From contig CAKKSP010000041.1 in the NCBI GenBank assembly GCA_919902045.1, positions 1-60,740 on the forward strand: 60,740 nucleotides of DNA, written 5' to 3'. The translations under genes were made by a program, and so were the position numbers. The stretch's first letter is position 1. The number at the start of each line of letters is the position of its first letter. Origin of the DNA: Omnitrophica bacterium GWA2_41_15 (GTDB lineage: Bacteria; Omnitrophota; Gorgyraeia; Gygaellales; Profunditerraquicolaceae). The notes beneath the pieces are model-generated. The model worked only from the letters and a program-made list of their open reading frames with translations. It searched no databases and was not told the origin of the DNA. Shown piece after piece: positions 39,062 to 49,211 of this stretch.

Positions 39062-39442
39062 ATGAAAAAAACTTCATCAAGGGAACGCCGTTTACACCCG
39101 CGTCTTGAGCATAAGCTGCCGGTTAAGATCGTTGCTAATGGTTATGATTTTGTAACCAGTACCCATAATATCAGCTGTTTAGGGGCTTATTGTAACGTGA
39201 ATAAATATGTTCCGCCTTTTACGAAGATTTCCGTGCGCCTTGACTTACCTTTAGCTGCGAAAGAAACATCAAATCACATATCTATAGTTGAGTGTAAGGG
39301 TGTGATTGTGCGCACAGAAGATGATCCTGCCGGAGGTTTTAATGTCGCGGTATTTTTTAATGAAATCAAAGAGCCGGATCGTAATAAGATAAATCAATAT
39401 ATTAGCCAGTTCCTTCCTAAAGAAGCCGCAGTAAAAATTTAA
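39062..39442 (+). CDS. PilZ-domain protein
   Basis: ERRLHPR, NISCLG, GVIVR. Confidence 0.85.
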   Translation: MKKTSSRERRLHPRLEHKLPVKIVANGYDFVTSTHNISCLGAYCNVNKYVPPFTKISVRLDLPLAAKETSNHISIVECKGVIVRTEDDPAGGFNVAVFFNEIKEPDRNKINQYISQFLPKEAAVKI

Positions 39443-39451
39443 ATTAATGCC

Positions 39452-39979
39452 GTGGGAAACGTTACTATTCCTAAACCGGTAAAATTAATCATAACCTTTA
39501 TTTTTAAGGAAGAGGATACTTTTCTTAAGATAAAACCTTTACTTATGCGCCGTTTCGGGAAGGTTGATTTTGAAAGCCCGTTTCTTGAATTTACCCATAC
39601 TGATTATTACGCCGAAGAATTTGGCGTTGGGCTCAAAAGAAAAATATTAAGTTTTAAAAAAAATATCCCTGCGCAAACTCTTGCCGATATAAAGTTATAT
39701 ACCAATAAATTAGAATTAAAGTTTTCCTCCGCAAACAAAAGAAAGATTAATATTGATCCGGGTTATTTAGATGAGGCTAAGCTTGTGCTTGCTTCTTCTA
39801 AAGATTTTTACCACCGTATTTATATTAATAAAGGGATATACGCGGAAATTACGCTTTTTTATAGAGGCAGGAATTTTCGCGGTTGGGAGTGGAGTTATCC
39901 TGATTATACGAGTAGCGAATATTTAGGATATTTTAACCATATTAGGGAGCTTTACCGTAAGCAAAAAAATGCCACCTAG
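39452..39979 (+). CDS. DUF4416 family protein
   Basis: TDYYAEEFG, INIDPGYL, HRIY..GIYAE, W.YPDY. Confidence 0.82.
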   Translation: MGNVTIPKPVKLIITFIFKEEDTFLKIKPLLMRRFGKVDFESPFLEFTHTDYYAEEFGVGLKRKILSFKKNIPAQTLADIKLYTNKLELKFSSANKRKINIDPGYLDEAKLVLASSKDFYHRIYINKGIYAEITLFYRGRNFRGWEWSYPDYTSSEYLGYFNHIRELYRKQKNAT

Positions 39980-40955
39980 ATATCTGACAGCTTTTAGTGA
40001 CGGCAGTTTACTTAAACTTTCCAGTGCCTTAAAAGACAGGCTTAATAATTGCGATATCTGTCCGCGTAAATGTAGGGTTAACCGGTTAAAAGAAGAGGTT
40101 GGATTTTGTAAGACAGGCTCACTTGCGCAAGTTTATAGCTATATGGCGCATCATGGCGAAGAGCCCCCGGTTTCAGGATCTCGCGGTTCAGGTACGATAT
40201 TTTTTTCACACTGTAATATGGGTTGTTTATATTGTCAAAATTATGAATTTAGTCAAAAAGGGGAAGGTAACGATGCAGCTCCCGGAGAACTTGCCAAGAT
40301 AATGCTCCGGTTACAGAAAATGGGTTGTCACAATATTAATTTTGTTACGCCAACCCATGTCCTTCCTCAAATTATTGAGAGTTTGCTTCTTGCAATTCCG
40401 GATGGATTAAAAATACCTTTAGTATACAATACCAGCGGTTACGATCTTTCTGAAGTTATCCGGTTACTTGATGGGGTTATAGATGTTTATCTTCCTGATA
40501 TGCGTTATTCAAACGAGGAGATGGCAAAAAAATACTCCTGCGCTCCGGGATATCCTGAGTTTAACCGGAAGGCGGTTTTAGAAATGCACCGGCAAGTAGG
40601 TATTGCGCAGATGGAGGAAGTTGACGGCGTTGAGGTGATAAAACAGGGGATGATCGTGAGGCACCTAGTTTTACCGAAGAATATTTCAGGTACCGATGAG
40701 GTTATGCGTTTTTTGGCAGAAGAAATTTCTTTGGATGCTTATATATCCTTGATGAGCCAATATTTTCCCTGCTATAAGGCAGATAATTTTTCGGAGATTG
40801 CGCGGCGCATCACCATAGAGGAGTATGAAAAAGCTCAACAATTTATGTCGCAAAGGCAATTGTATAATGGTTGGATTCAAGAGTCAGGAGGGTTAGCGCG
40901 TTTTGCCGGAACTAACATTAAACCAATAGTTATCCACAGGGTAGGGGACGTTTAA
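39969..40955 (+). CDS. Radical SAM protein, PflX-like
   Basis: CDICPRKC, HHGEEP, CNMGCLYCQN, HNINFVTP, VRHLVLP. Confidence 0.9.
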   Translation: MPPRYLTAFSDGSLLKLSSALKDRLNNCDICPRKCRVNRLKEEVGFCKTGSLAQVYSYMAHHGEEPPVSGSRGSGTIFFSHCNMGCLYCQNYEFSQKGEGNDAAPGELAKIMLRLQKMGCHNINFVTPTHVLPQIIESLLLAIPDGLKIPLVYNTSGYDLSEVIRLLDGVIDVYLPDMRYSNEEMAKKYSCAPGYPEFNRKAVLEMHRQVGIAQMEEVDGVEVIKQGMIVRHLVLPKNISGTDEVMRFLAEEISLDAYISLMSQYFPCYKADNFSEIARRITIEEYEKAQQFMSQRQLYNGWIQESGGLARFAGTNIKPIVIHRVGDV

Positions 40956-40967
40956 ACGTCCCCTACA
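40928..40967. repeat. DnaA box + perfect 26-bp GTAG palindrome
   Basis: TTATCCACA 40930-40938, then GTAGGGGACGTTTAAACGTCCCCTAC 40941-40966. Confidence 0.85.
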
Positions 40968-40976
40968 GGTAACATT

Positions 40977-42530
40977 ATGGAATTAAATAACTTAGGCGAA
41001 CTTTTAAATTTTAGCGCAAAGCGGTTTCCAAAAAAAACCGCTTTAATTTTTGGCAGTAAAAAAATAACTTATGCGCAGCTTGAAAGTGCAGCTCTTTATT
41101 TAGCGGCAGGGCTTAGAAAGATGGGGATAGATAAAGGGGATAGAGTAGCGTTATATCTTGATAATTGCCCGGAGTTTGTAATCGGATACTATGCAATTCT
41201 TAAAGCCGGGGCAGTAGTTGTTCCGATTAATTATATGTTTAAGTCTGAAGAGACAGAGCACATATTAAACGATAGTAGTGTAGTTGCGGTTTTAACAAGC
41301 CGGGCATATTTAGATTTCATCATTTCATTAAAAAAGAGGATTAAAACTTTAAAATTTATCGTCAGCGCGCAAAAAGTATACCAGGAGATCCCGGATTTTC
41401 TTTCTGTTTCCGGTGATTTGAGCCTGCCAGAACAAACTGTCGTCATGCAAAAAGAAGATTTAGCAGTAATACTTTATACTTCGGGCACAACCGGGAAACC
41501 AAAAGGCGCTATGCTGTCACATGAAAACCTGATTTCTAACGCCGTAGATTCTTCCCGCGCTATCCGGGTAGGCAGGAAAGATACATTTATTTGTATCCTT
41601 CCTTTGTTTCATTCATTTGCTGCTACTGTTTGTATGAATATCCCGCTTCTAATTGGAGCAAAGATTGTTTTGATGAAGTCAGTAAGGCCTTTCCGCAGGG
41701 TAATCCGCTTGATCCGCCGTCACCGAGTCAGTATATTTACGGCTATTCCGTCAGTTTATAGCATACTTAAAGATACAAAGCTGCCCTGGATCTTATCAAC
41801 TCCGTTTATCAAATTAGTTAATCCTGTGCGTGTGTGTATTTCAGGTGCTGCGGCATTACCAGCGCAAACTTTTCGCGATTTTGAAAATAAGTTTAAACTG
41901 CCGCTGCTTGAAGGTTATGGTTTAACTGAAGCTTCTCCGGTAGTAACGCTTAATCCTTTAAGAGGAATTAGAAAAGCTTCTTCAATAGGCCTTCCTGTCA
42001 GTTCGCGGATAAAAGTGCGTATAGTTGATGAAAACGGTAAAGATCTTCCGCCGGGGGATGTTGGTGAACTTATTGTCAGCGGCCCCAATGTTATGCGGGG
42101 GTATTATCTTCAGGAAGAAGCAAACAGGCAGACTTTACGCGATGGCTGGCTTTATACCGGCGATATGGCAAAGTTTGATAGCGAAGGTTATATTTATATC
42201 GTTGACCGTAAGAAAGACATGGTCAATGTGCGCGGCTTAAATGTTTATCCTCGCGAAATTGAAGAGGTGCTTTGCCGGCATCCGGAAATAAAAGAAGCAG
42301 CGGTTGTGGGGATTGCAGATGCACATAAAGGCGAAGTTCCTAAATGTTACCTGGTTTTAAAAGAAAAAAGCAAGCTGACAGAACGCGATGTTACCGCTTA
42401 CTTAAAAAATCACCTGGCTTCCTATAAAATCCCCAAATATGTGGAGTTCCGTCAGCTTTTGCCAAAAAGCGCAACCGGCAAGATCCTTAAGCGCGCTTTA
42501 TCCGGCGACGAGGAGGCAGTTAATGCGTAA
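40977..42530 (+). CDS. Long-chain fatty acid-CoA ligase
   Basis: YTSGTTGKPKG, EGYGLTEASP, TGD, DRKKD, GKILKR. Confidence 0.92.
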   Translation: MELNNLGELLNFSAKRFPKKTALIFGSKKITYAQLESAALYLAAGLRKMGIDKGDRVALYLDNCPEFVIGYYAILKAGAVVVPINYMFKSEETEHILNDSSVVAVLTSRAYLDFIISLKKRIKTLKFIVSAQKVYQEIPDFLSVSGDLSLPEQTVVMQKEDLAVILYTSGTTGKPKGAMLSHENLISNAVDSSRAIRVGRKDTFICILPLFHSFAATVCMNIPLLIGAKIVLMKSVRPFRRVIRLIRRHRVSIFTAIPSVYSILKDTKLPWILSTPFIKLVNPVRVCISGAAALPAQTFRDFENKFKLPLLEGYGLTEASPVVTLNPLRGIRKASSIGLPVSSRIKVRIVDENGKDLPPGDVGELIVSGPNVMRGYYLQEEANRQTLRDGWLYTGDMAKFDSEGYIYIVDRKKDMVNVRGLNVYPREIEEVLCRHPEIKEAAVVGIADAHKGEVPKCYLVLKEKSKLTERDVTAYLKNHLASYKIPKYVEFRQLLPKSATGKILKRALSGDEEAVNA

Positions 42531-43500
42531 GTTTTTTACTCCTTTTTATTTTCTTTACCGTAAACTTGTATTGGTCGATGATACGCCGCACCGGATTGCA
42601 TTGGGCGCAGGAATCGGGATTTTTACCGGAGTTCTTCCCGGAGTAGGCCCCCTGGCTGCCTTGGCTCTGGCATTTCTTCTGCGCGCAAATCGCGCTGCCG
42701 CATTAATGGTCAGCCTGTTTACTAATACTTGGTTTACCCTGATTACCTTGGTAGCTTCAATAAAAATCGGCGCGTTTGTTTTAGGCAATGACTGGAATCA
42801 AATTTATAGCGAGTGGAAATTTTTTTTGAAGCATTTTCAATTTTTTAAACTTTTTGAGAGCTCAATTTTAAAAATTTTACTTCCTGTTATTCTGGGATAT
42901 ATAATACTTGCGTTGATAGGTGCAGTAGTAGTATACTTACTAATAAGGGTGGTATTTTATATGCAAAAAAGAAAAAAAATATTATTAACGCTATTAATTG
43001 CTGTAGGCGTTATTTCTTTGGGCACGGCATTGCTGCCAGCAGCTGATGATAGCGAATTATATTCTCAGGCGCGCAGTTTTTTTTCTTCCGGAGAAGATGA
43101 TTTTGGTTATTTACAGCTAACTTTGTTGTTAGAGGAACATCCTGAATCGCGGTTTGCTGAACCGGTATTATTTGGGATTGGTGAGTATAATTTTAAAGTT
43201 AATAATCCCGGCGATGCCCGAAAGGCTTTTGAAGAATTTTTAAAAAAATATCCGTCTTCTCCGGCAAGGCCTTTTGCGTATGCATATCTGATTTCTCTTG
43301 CCCGAAAAAATAGCAATCTGGCTGTATCACAGGAACTTGAGAAAGAATTAGTTTCCAGCCAGCAGCTTAGTTTAATTTTCCGCGACCGAAAAGAGAAACG
43401 TTATCGCTCCGTAGCTTCTAAAAAGTACCGAGCGCTTTTGTATATTAATAAGGCCCAATTTTACGCAGATGGCGCGCTTTTGGTCGAAGTCTCCTACTAA
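42523..43500 (+). CDS. DUF2062 membrane domain fused to a TPR/BamD-like domain
   Basis: DTPHRIALG...NxW (DUF2062); internal MQKRKK signal-like segment then TPR-like YPSSP motifs; AGGAGG before ATG 42523. Confidence 0.72.
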   Translation: MRKFFTPFYFLYRKLVLVDDTPHRIALGAGIGIFTGVLPGVGPLAALALAFLLRANRAAALMVSLFTNTWFTLITLVASIKIGAFVLGNDWNQIYSEWKFFLKHFQFFKLFESSILKILLPVILGYIILALIGAVVVYLLIRVVFYMQKRKKILLTLLIAVGVISLGTALLPAADDSELYSQARSFFSSGEDDFGYLQLTLLLEEHPESRFAEPVLFGIGEYNFKVNNPGDARKAFEEFLKKYPSSPARPFAYAYLISLARKNSNLAVSQELEKELVSSQQLSLIFRDRKEKRYRSVASKKYRALLYINKAQFYADGALLVEVSY

Positions 43501-45433
43501 ATTATTCCTCCAGTTTTTCTTAGTTTTATTACTCCTTGCTGTAATAGTAACGTTAGTTACTAATTTCATTCTGTTCTCTAATCGCGAGGAAATCCTTAAA
43601 CTTAATAATGAATCGGGGTCTGTTATCAATGCCAAAAACATTTGGTATATCCCGCCGTACTTTTTAAGCTTACAGGGGCTGATAGTAATAGAAAAAGACG
43701 GGCCATATCCGTTTCTTAAGGCCGGAATTATCACTGCCAGGTTTTCTTTAAAAGATCTTTTTATTAAGCGTAAATTGACTTTACTTAAAATCCGCGCTTC
43801 AGAGTTAAATCTGGATTTCCCGCGTTTGCGTAAATTCCTTAAGGATAATTACCGCCAATCACTGGATTTTATAAGCCTTTTACCTAAAGTGGAAAAGGCT
43901 ATTTTCGAATTTCCTAAGATACGATTTGATAAATTTTCAGGCAACAATAACCTGAACGCTAATTTTAAGTTTTGGATTGACGGAGATTTAGTCCGCGGGG
44001 AAGGTAAATTTCAGAGTGATGGCCTGCTGTTTATTAATCAGCCTACTGAGTTTATAGGGCAGGGGAGATTTATCCAATCGGGTATGGCTATCGAGAGTTT
44101 TGAGCTTTTTCAGGAAAATGCTTATCTTAAACTATGGGGAGATTGGAGCGCCCAGGAGCTCTCTTTACAGGGTTTTTCTTTTCTTAATGATTTCTTTGCT
44201 CCTTTAAAAAATACTCCCGAAAAAAAAGAGCCTCCGGCTAACTTATTCTCCCGGATCGGGCTGATGTGGCGGAGCAAACCCGTGTCTCCGTCGCTAATAG
44301 AGCTCTCTAAGGATGATTTGAATATATTTGATATCAACGCTAAAATCCGCTTAAGTTTCCCGGAAGTCAAAATAAGGCAGCTTAATTTTTCTTTGAATAA
44401 TATCCCGGTTCAATCAAACGGAAGCATTTGGTTAATTCCTCAGCCTTCAATGCAGCTTTATTTTTCCAGTAAAAATATCAATTCTTCCCTTGCTGGTACT
44501 ATCAAGGATTCAGCTTTTAATGGAGCACTTGAAGTGTTAATTGATAACGATGATTCTGAGGTTAAGTCCCAGGAGAAAGTAAAAATTACTACGGATAGGT
44601 TCTCTTTTTCACTTAAAGAGTGGCCTTATTTGAAATTCCGTTTTGATCAGGGTGATTTTTATTATAGCTCCGATAATAAAAATTACGAGATTGCATTAAA
44701 TGATCTCAAAAGTAGCTTATTTTTGGGTAACAGGCGATATAAAACTCTGCAATTCGAAGGTAATTGCGCCGGTGGAGAAATTAAGGGTGAGGGAAAAATT
44801 GATACTGCTTATTTTCCTTTTCGGTCTAATTTTGATGTTAAACTTGAAGGCCAGTCAGCGCAAGCGCTATCAAATGCGGTTGAGTATTTTAAAAAAGTTG
44901 AAGGCGGGGTTTCTACAACATTTACTTATTCTAATTATCCGGAGCATAATCTGGATGGGGCGCTTCAGTTGTCAAAAGGCGTGCTGAATAAACTTGATTT
45001 TTTTCAATGGTTAGGCGATCAGTTTGCTTTGCCTTCTTTAGAAAAGCTGAATTACGACACATTTTCTTTAGCTTATAAAATCACTCCGGAAGGGGTTTTT
45101 TTGAATGATATTGATTTAAAGGCGGATAAGGTAAAGCTTTCAGGTAAGTACGGATTAAGAAAAGATAATTTTGTTTCTAGTAGGGTGACATTAACCATGG
45201 ATAGGGAGTTACTAGAAGAATCAGATAAATTTACTAAGTTGCTTAATTTAGTAGGTCAAGATTTAAAAGTATTTGATTTTGATTTTCAGATTTCCGGGCC
45301 TCTTGAGACAATGAACTTTCAATGGAAAGAATCGGAGTTTAAAAATAAGCTTAAGCATTCAATTCCGGGGTTTATAGAGCGGCGGATTGAGAAAAATGTA
45401 GAAGAGGCAATTGCCTCGATTGTAGCAAAGTAA
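43469..45433 (+). CDS. AsmA-like protein
   Basis: N-terminal TM, beta-strand-rich body, C-terminal FQISGPL. Confidence 0.55.
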   Translation: MARFWSKSPTKLFLQFFLVLLLLAVIVTLVTNFILFSNREEILKLNNESGSVINAKNIWYIPPYFLSLQGLIVIEKDGPYPFLKAGIITARFSLKDLFIKRKLTLLKIRASELNLDFPRLRKFLKDNYRQSLDFISLLPKVEKAIFEFPKIRFDKFSGNNNLNANFKFWIDGDLVRGEGKFQSDGLLFINQPTEFIGQGRFIQSGMAIESFELFQENAYLKLWGDWSAQELSLQGFSFLNDFFAPLKNTPEKKEPPANLFSRIGLMWRSKPVSPSLIELSKDDLNIFDINAKIRLSFPEVKIRQLNFSLNNIPVQSNGSIWLIPQPSMQLYFSSKNINSSLAGTIKDSAFNGALEVLIDNDDSEVKSQEKVKITTDRFSFSLKEWPYLKFRFDQGDFYYSSDNKNYEIALNDLKSSLFLGNRRYKTLQFEGNCAGGEIKGEGKIDTAYFPFRSNFDVKLEGQSAQALSNAVEYFKKVEGGVSTTFTYSNYPEHNLDGALQLSKGVLNKLDFFQWLGDQFALPSLEKLNYDTFSLAYKITPEGVFLNDIDLKADKVKLSGKYGLRKDNFVSSRVTLTMDRELLEESDKFTKLLNLVGQDLKVFDFDFQISGPLETMNFQWKESEFKNKLKHSIPGFIERRIEKNVEEAIASIVAK

Positions 45434-45486
45434 TATTCTTTGTAAAATGAATTGAAAGTTTTTACTATTAAAACACTGAGGGAAAA

Positions 45487-47721
45487 ATGAAAAGAATACT
45501 TATATTTATTCTGCCGATTCTGATAATTGTTACTTTGGGCTTTACTGTTTTTGGCGTTATTCAAGCCCGATTTACCGAAGACCGGCTTATGGATGATCTC
45601 AAGCGTAAAGCTAAGACCGTTGACGAAAGCCTAGAGTTATCTGCTAAGTTTATACTTTTAAATAATGATTTAAAGTCCGCTAACCGATTAGTCGAAAATT
45701 TCCAAAAAAGAGAACGGTTCCAAGGATGTGTTATATACGATAAAAACGGCCAAATCATTGCCATTACCGAGCGTTTTTCTGATTGGAAGAATAAAGAAAA
45801 AATGTATCTTGAAGACATCTTAACGGCTAAAATTCCGCGCGGTGCTTTAGAGAAATTTAAAGATTATTCGGTTTATAGCTATATTATCCCCGTGCTTGAT
45901 GACGACAATAACATATTGGGCCTGGTTGAGGTAATATATGATACTTCATATCTTTTTAATGCCCTGACAGAGCTTTGGCGCAGGATAAGCGTCACTTTGA
46001 TTACCCTTATTTTTCTTATAACTTTAGTTACTTTTTTAATTCAAAGGCAGATCTTTATCCTTCCTGTTCGCCGATTAACCAAATGGTTTGGGCATTTTCA
46101 GCGGGGAGAAACCGATAAATTACGCCCTTTTGAAGAAAAAGGGGAATTCGGAAAACTTGTTAGCGAGGTGGAGCAGGTTGCTTTGAGTTTAAGGGTTGCA
46201 AGGAAGGTGGTTTCTGATGAGGCACAGGTACGTATTAAGAAAGACGAATTATGGACTGAGTCAAAATTAAGAGATCTTGTGCATGCAAAACTGGGAGAAA
46301 ATGCGTTGGTCGTTGTTTCTAACAGAGAACCCTATATGCACATTATACAGGAATCAACCGGGAAGCCTAAATGTGTGCGGCCTGCAAGCGGGGTAGTTAC
46401 GGCAATAGATCCGATCTTGCGCGCTTGTGGAGGGACTTGGGTTGCGCACGGAAGCGCTGCCGCTGATAGAAGTTTTGTAAATTCAAAAGATAAACTTGGA
46501 GTGCCTCCGGAAGATAATCGCTATATACTAAAAAGAGTCTGGCTGTCAAAAGAAGAGGAGGAAGGTTATTATTACGGTTTTGCAAACGAAGGCTTGTGGC
46601 CATTGTGTCATGTAACTCATACTCGTCCAATATTTAGAGAATCTGACTGGCAGATGTATAAAAAAGTAAATCATAAATTTGCCCAGAGTGTTTTGGATGA
46701 GCTTCCCGTGAAGAATCCTTTTGTGTTTATTCAGGATTATCATTTTACCTTGCTTCCTAAAATAATTAAAGAAAAGCGGCCGGATGCGATAATCGCGCTT
46801 TTTTGGCATATCCCTTGGCCGAATCCAGAAGTATTTGCTATATGTCCGTATCATCTTGAGATTTTAGACGGGATGCTTGGATGCGACCTGATCGGGTTTC
46901 ATGTGCAGAATCACTGTAATAATTTTCTTGATACCGCTAATAGGTTGATCGAGTGCCGGGTAGATACGGAAAAATTCAGCGTGGTAAGCAAAAATAAAGA
47001 AACATTTATCAGGTCTTTTCCTATAAGTGTTAATACTCCTGCAGTAAGCGGAAAATCAAAATTAGCCGCGGAAGAAATAAACAAAATTAAAAATGAGTAT
47101 GATCTGCAAGATAAAATTATAGGAGTAGGTGTTGAAAGGATTGATTACACCAAAGGGATTATCGAACGCATTATGGCAATTGATAGATTTCTTGAGAAAT
47201 ATCCCGAATATAGAAAAAAGTTTGTATTTATACAGTTAGCCGCGCCCAGCAGAACTCATATAAAGCGTTATCATGAACTGATGGGGGAGATCGATGAATT
47301 AGTGGAAAAGAAGAACTGGAAATATTCTGAGGGAAGCTGGAAGCCGATTATATATCTAAAACGCCACTTTTCTCCGGAAGAGATTGAACCGTATTATGCG
47401 CTGGCAGATTTTTGTGTGGTTAGTTCGTTGCATGACGGCATGAATCTGGTAGCAAAAGAATATGTTGCATCAAAAACTGATGCCAGTGGCGCATTGATCC
47501 TAAGTAAATTTACCGGAGCAGCTAGAGAGTTAACAGACGCAGTATTGATAAATCCCTATTCCATTGAAGAATTTGCTGATGCGATAAAATTCACTGTCGA
47601 TATGCCTATTGATGAAAAAAGAAAGCGTATGGAAAATATGCGCAAGGCCGTTACCGAAAATAATGTCTATAAATGGGCAGGGAATATTATTACCGAACTT
47701 ACTGCGCTGAAAAAAACGTAA
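45487..47721 (+). CDS. otsA: Trehalose-6-phosphate synthase with N-terminal TM-sensor-TM-HAMP module
   Basis: VVSNREP, LWPLCH, QDYH, FWHIPWP, RIDYTKG, DGMNLVAKEY; first ~260 aa have two TMs and a HAMP-like PVRRL...GEFGKL. Confidence 0.92.
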   Translation: MKRILIFILPILIIVTLGFTVFGVIQARFTEDRLMDDLKRKAKTVDESLELSAKFILLNNDLKSANRLVENFQKRERFQGCVIYDKNGQIIAITERFSDWKNKEKMYLEDILTAKIPRGALEKFKDYSVYSYIIPVLDDDNNILGLVEVIYDTSYLFNALTELWRRISVTLITLIFLITLVTFLIQRQIFILPVRRLTKWFGHFQRGETDKLRPFEEKGEFGKLVSEVEQVALSLRVARKVVSDEAQVRIKKDELWTESKLRDLVHAKLGENALVVVSNREPYMHIIQESTGKPKCVRPASGVVTAIDPILRACGGTWVAHGSAAADRSFVNSKDKLGVPPEDNRYILKRVWLSKEEEEGYYYGFANEGLWPLCHVTHTRPIFRESDWQMYKKVNHKFAQSVLDELPVKNPFVFIQDYHFTLLPKIIKEKRPDAIIALFWHIPWPNPEVFAICPYHLEILDGMLGCDLIGFHVQNHCNNFLDTANRLIECRVDTEKFSVVSKNKETFIRSFPISVNTPAVSGKSKLAAEEINKIKNEYDLQDKIIGVGVERIDYTKGIIERIMAIDRFLEKYPEYRKKFVFIQLAAPSRTHIKRYHELMGEIDELVEKKNWKYSEGSWKPIIYLKRHFSPEEIEPYYALADFCVVSSLHDGMNLVAKEYVASKTDASGALILSKFTGAARELTDAVLINPYSIEEFADAIKFTVDMPIDEKRKRMENMRKAVTENNVYKWAGNIITELTALKKT

Positions 47722-47734
47722 ACAGGATTAAGCT

Positions 47735-48538
47735 ATGGAACACATATTTAGGAATTGGGAAACGTTAAAAGAAAAACTTAGAGGGAAATATTTGTTTATT
47801 TTTCTTGATTACGATGGCACGCTTACCCCTATTGTAAAAACTCCAGAGCAAGCGGTATTATCAAAGGAAATCAGGGAAATACTAAAAATATTATCAGAAA
47901 ATCCTTACTGTAAAATAGCAATTATCAGCGGCCGGTCGTTAGAGGACGTAAAAAATAAATTTAACTTAAGAAATCTTGTCTATTCTGGCAACCATGGATT
48001 AGAAATCGAAGGCCCAAAAATCAAATACATAACTTCGGTTTCATCGGGATATAGAAAAATTATTAATCAGATAAAAGACGAGTTAAGTAAAAAAATTATT
48101 CCTTTTAAGGGTGCTTTTATAGAAGACAAAGGGTTATCTATTGCGCTGCATTTTCGGAATGTAGATCAGAAACAGGCCTCTATAATAAAAACTATTTTTC
48201 ATGAAGTTATAATTGTTTATTTGGTGAAAAATAAAATTAAAGTTAAGCCAGGAAAAAAAGTACTTGAAGTCAGGCCGCCTTTGGAATGGGATAAGGGTAA
48301 GGTTGTGTTGTGGCTCTTGGCAAGGCAGAAGTTTGCAAGGATAAAAAAGGAAATTTTATCGGTTTATATAGGAGATGATACCACTGACGAGGATGCTTTT
48401 AAAGCGATTCAGCGCATAGGTATCACTATTCTTGTGGGTAAAACAAAAGGCTCTCACGCGCGTTATTGCTTAAGAAATCATGATGAAGTTAAAGAGTTTC
48501 TTGAAAGGATCGTAAAGTTGCAAAAGGAGGCAATCTAA
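47735..48538 (+). CDS. otsB: Trehalose-6-phosphate phosphatase
   Basis: FLDYDGTLTPI, SGR, GNHGLE, WDKG, GDDTTDEDAF. Confidence 0.95.
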   Translation: MEHIFRNWETLKEKLRGKYLFIFLDYDGTLTPIVKTPEQAVLSKEIREILKILSENPYCKIAIISGRSLEDVKNKFNLRNLVYSGNHGLEIEGPKIKYITSVSSGYRKIINQIKDELSKKIIPFKGAFIEDKGLSIALHFRNVDQKQASIIKTIFHEVIIVYLVKNKIKVKPGKKVLEVRPPLEWDKGKVVLWLLARQKFARIKKEILSVYIGDDTTDEDAFKAIQRIGITILVGKTKGSHARYCLRNHDEVKEFLERIVKLQKEAI

Positions 48539-49209
48539 TGGCGGAATTACGAGAAGCTAAAGAGCCGTTTAGATTTCATACCAGACTGCATTTGACAGAG
48601 CTAACCGGATTTAAGGCCGGAACGTTAGAACAACTTTTGTTCTTAATTAAGAAAGTGCCCGGTTCAAGCATTTATCATCATACTCATCGATTTCTGCAGC
48701 AGCATCAATACTTGTCTCCTGAGCCACCGAACGATTTTGCCTATTGGGTTACGGAAGTTATGGGGGAGGACGAATTGGGGGAGAAATTAGCAAGTATTGA
48801 TACTATCCAATATCATGCAATTCGGAACCTAAGAGAGAGAATAGTTTTTACTATCGACGATCATCTTAAAAAATCATCTTCCGCTAAACTGAAGTTTTCT
48901 AGGAAAGACGAAGAATTTTGTTTTATGAAGTCGGTCAGTTTTATTGTCCCTACGGCATATATTGCGGTTAATTTAAAACAATTTGCAGAAACGCTTGAAA
49001 AAGTAACATTCGATTCCATTTATTTTCACATTTTTGAATCTCGGCTTAGGTTGGAGCGCAGTAGCAATGATTTTTCAAATTGGATAGAAAATTCTTTAGG
49101 GGATAAAAAATTAGCAAATGATATAAGCAGGTTTGATCCGTATACTCAAACATTAGAAAATCTCAAGAAAATCCTGATAAGAATCGTTAAAAAAAGAATA
49201 GAGGAATAA
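48538..49209 (+). CDS. DUF5752 family protein (internally duplicated)
   Basis: Two repeats of SIY.H...NDF..W; sits upstream of TreT. Confidence 0.78.
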   Translation: MAELREAKEPFRFHTRLHLTELTGFKAGTLEQLLFLIKKVPGSSIYHHTHRFLQQHQYLSPEPPNDFAYWVTEVMGEDELGEKLASIDTIQYHAIRNLRERIVFTIDDHLKKSSSAKLKFSRKDEEFCFMKSVSFIVPTAYIAVNLKQFAETLEKVTFDSIYFHIFESRLRLERSSNDFSNWIENSLGDKKLANDISRFDPYTQTLENLKKILIRIVKKRIEE

Positions 49210-49211
49210 AA

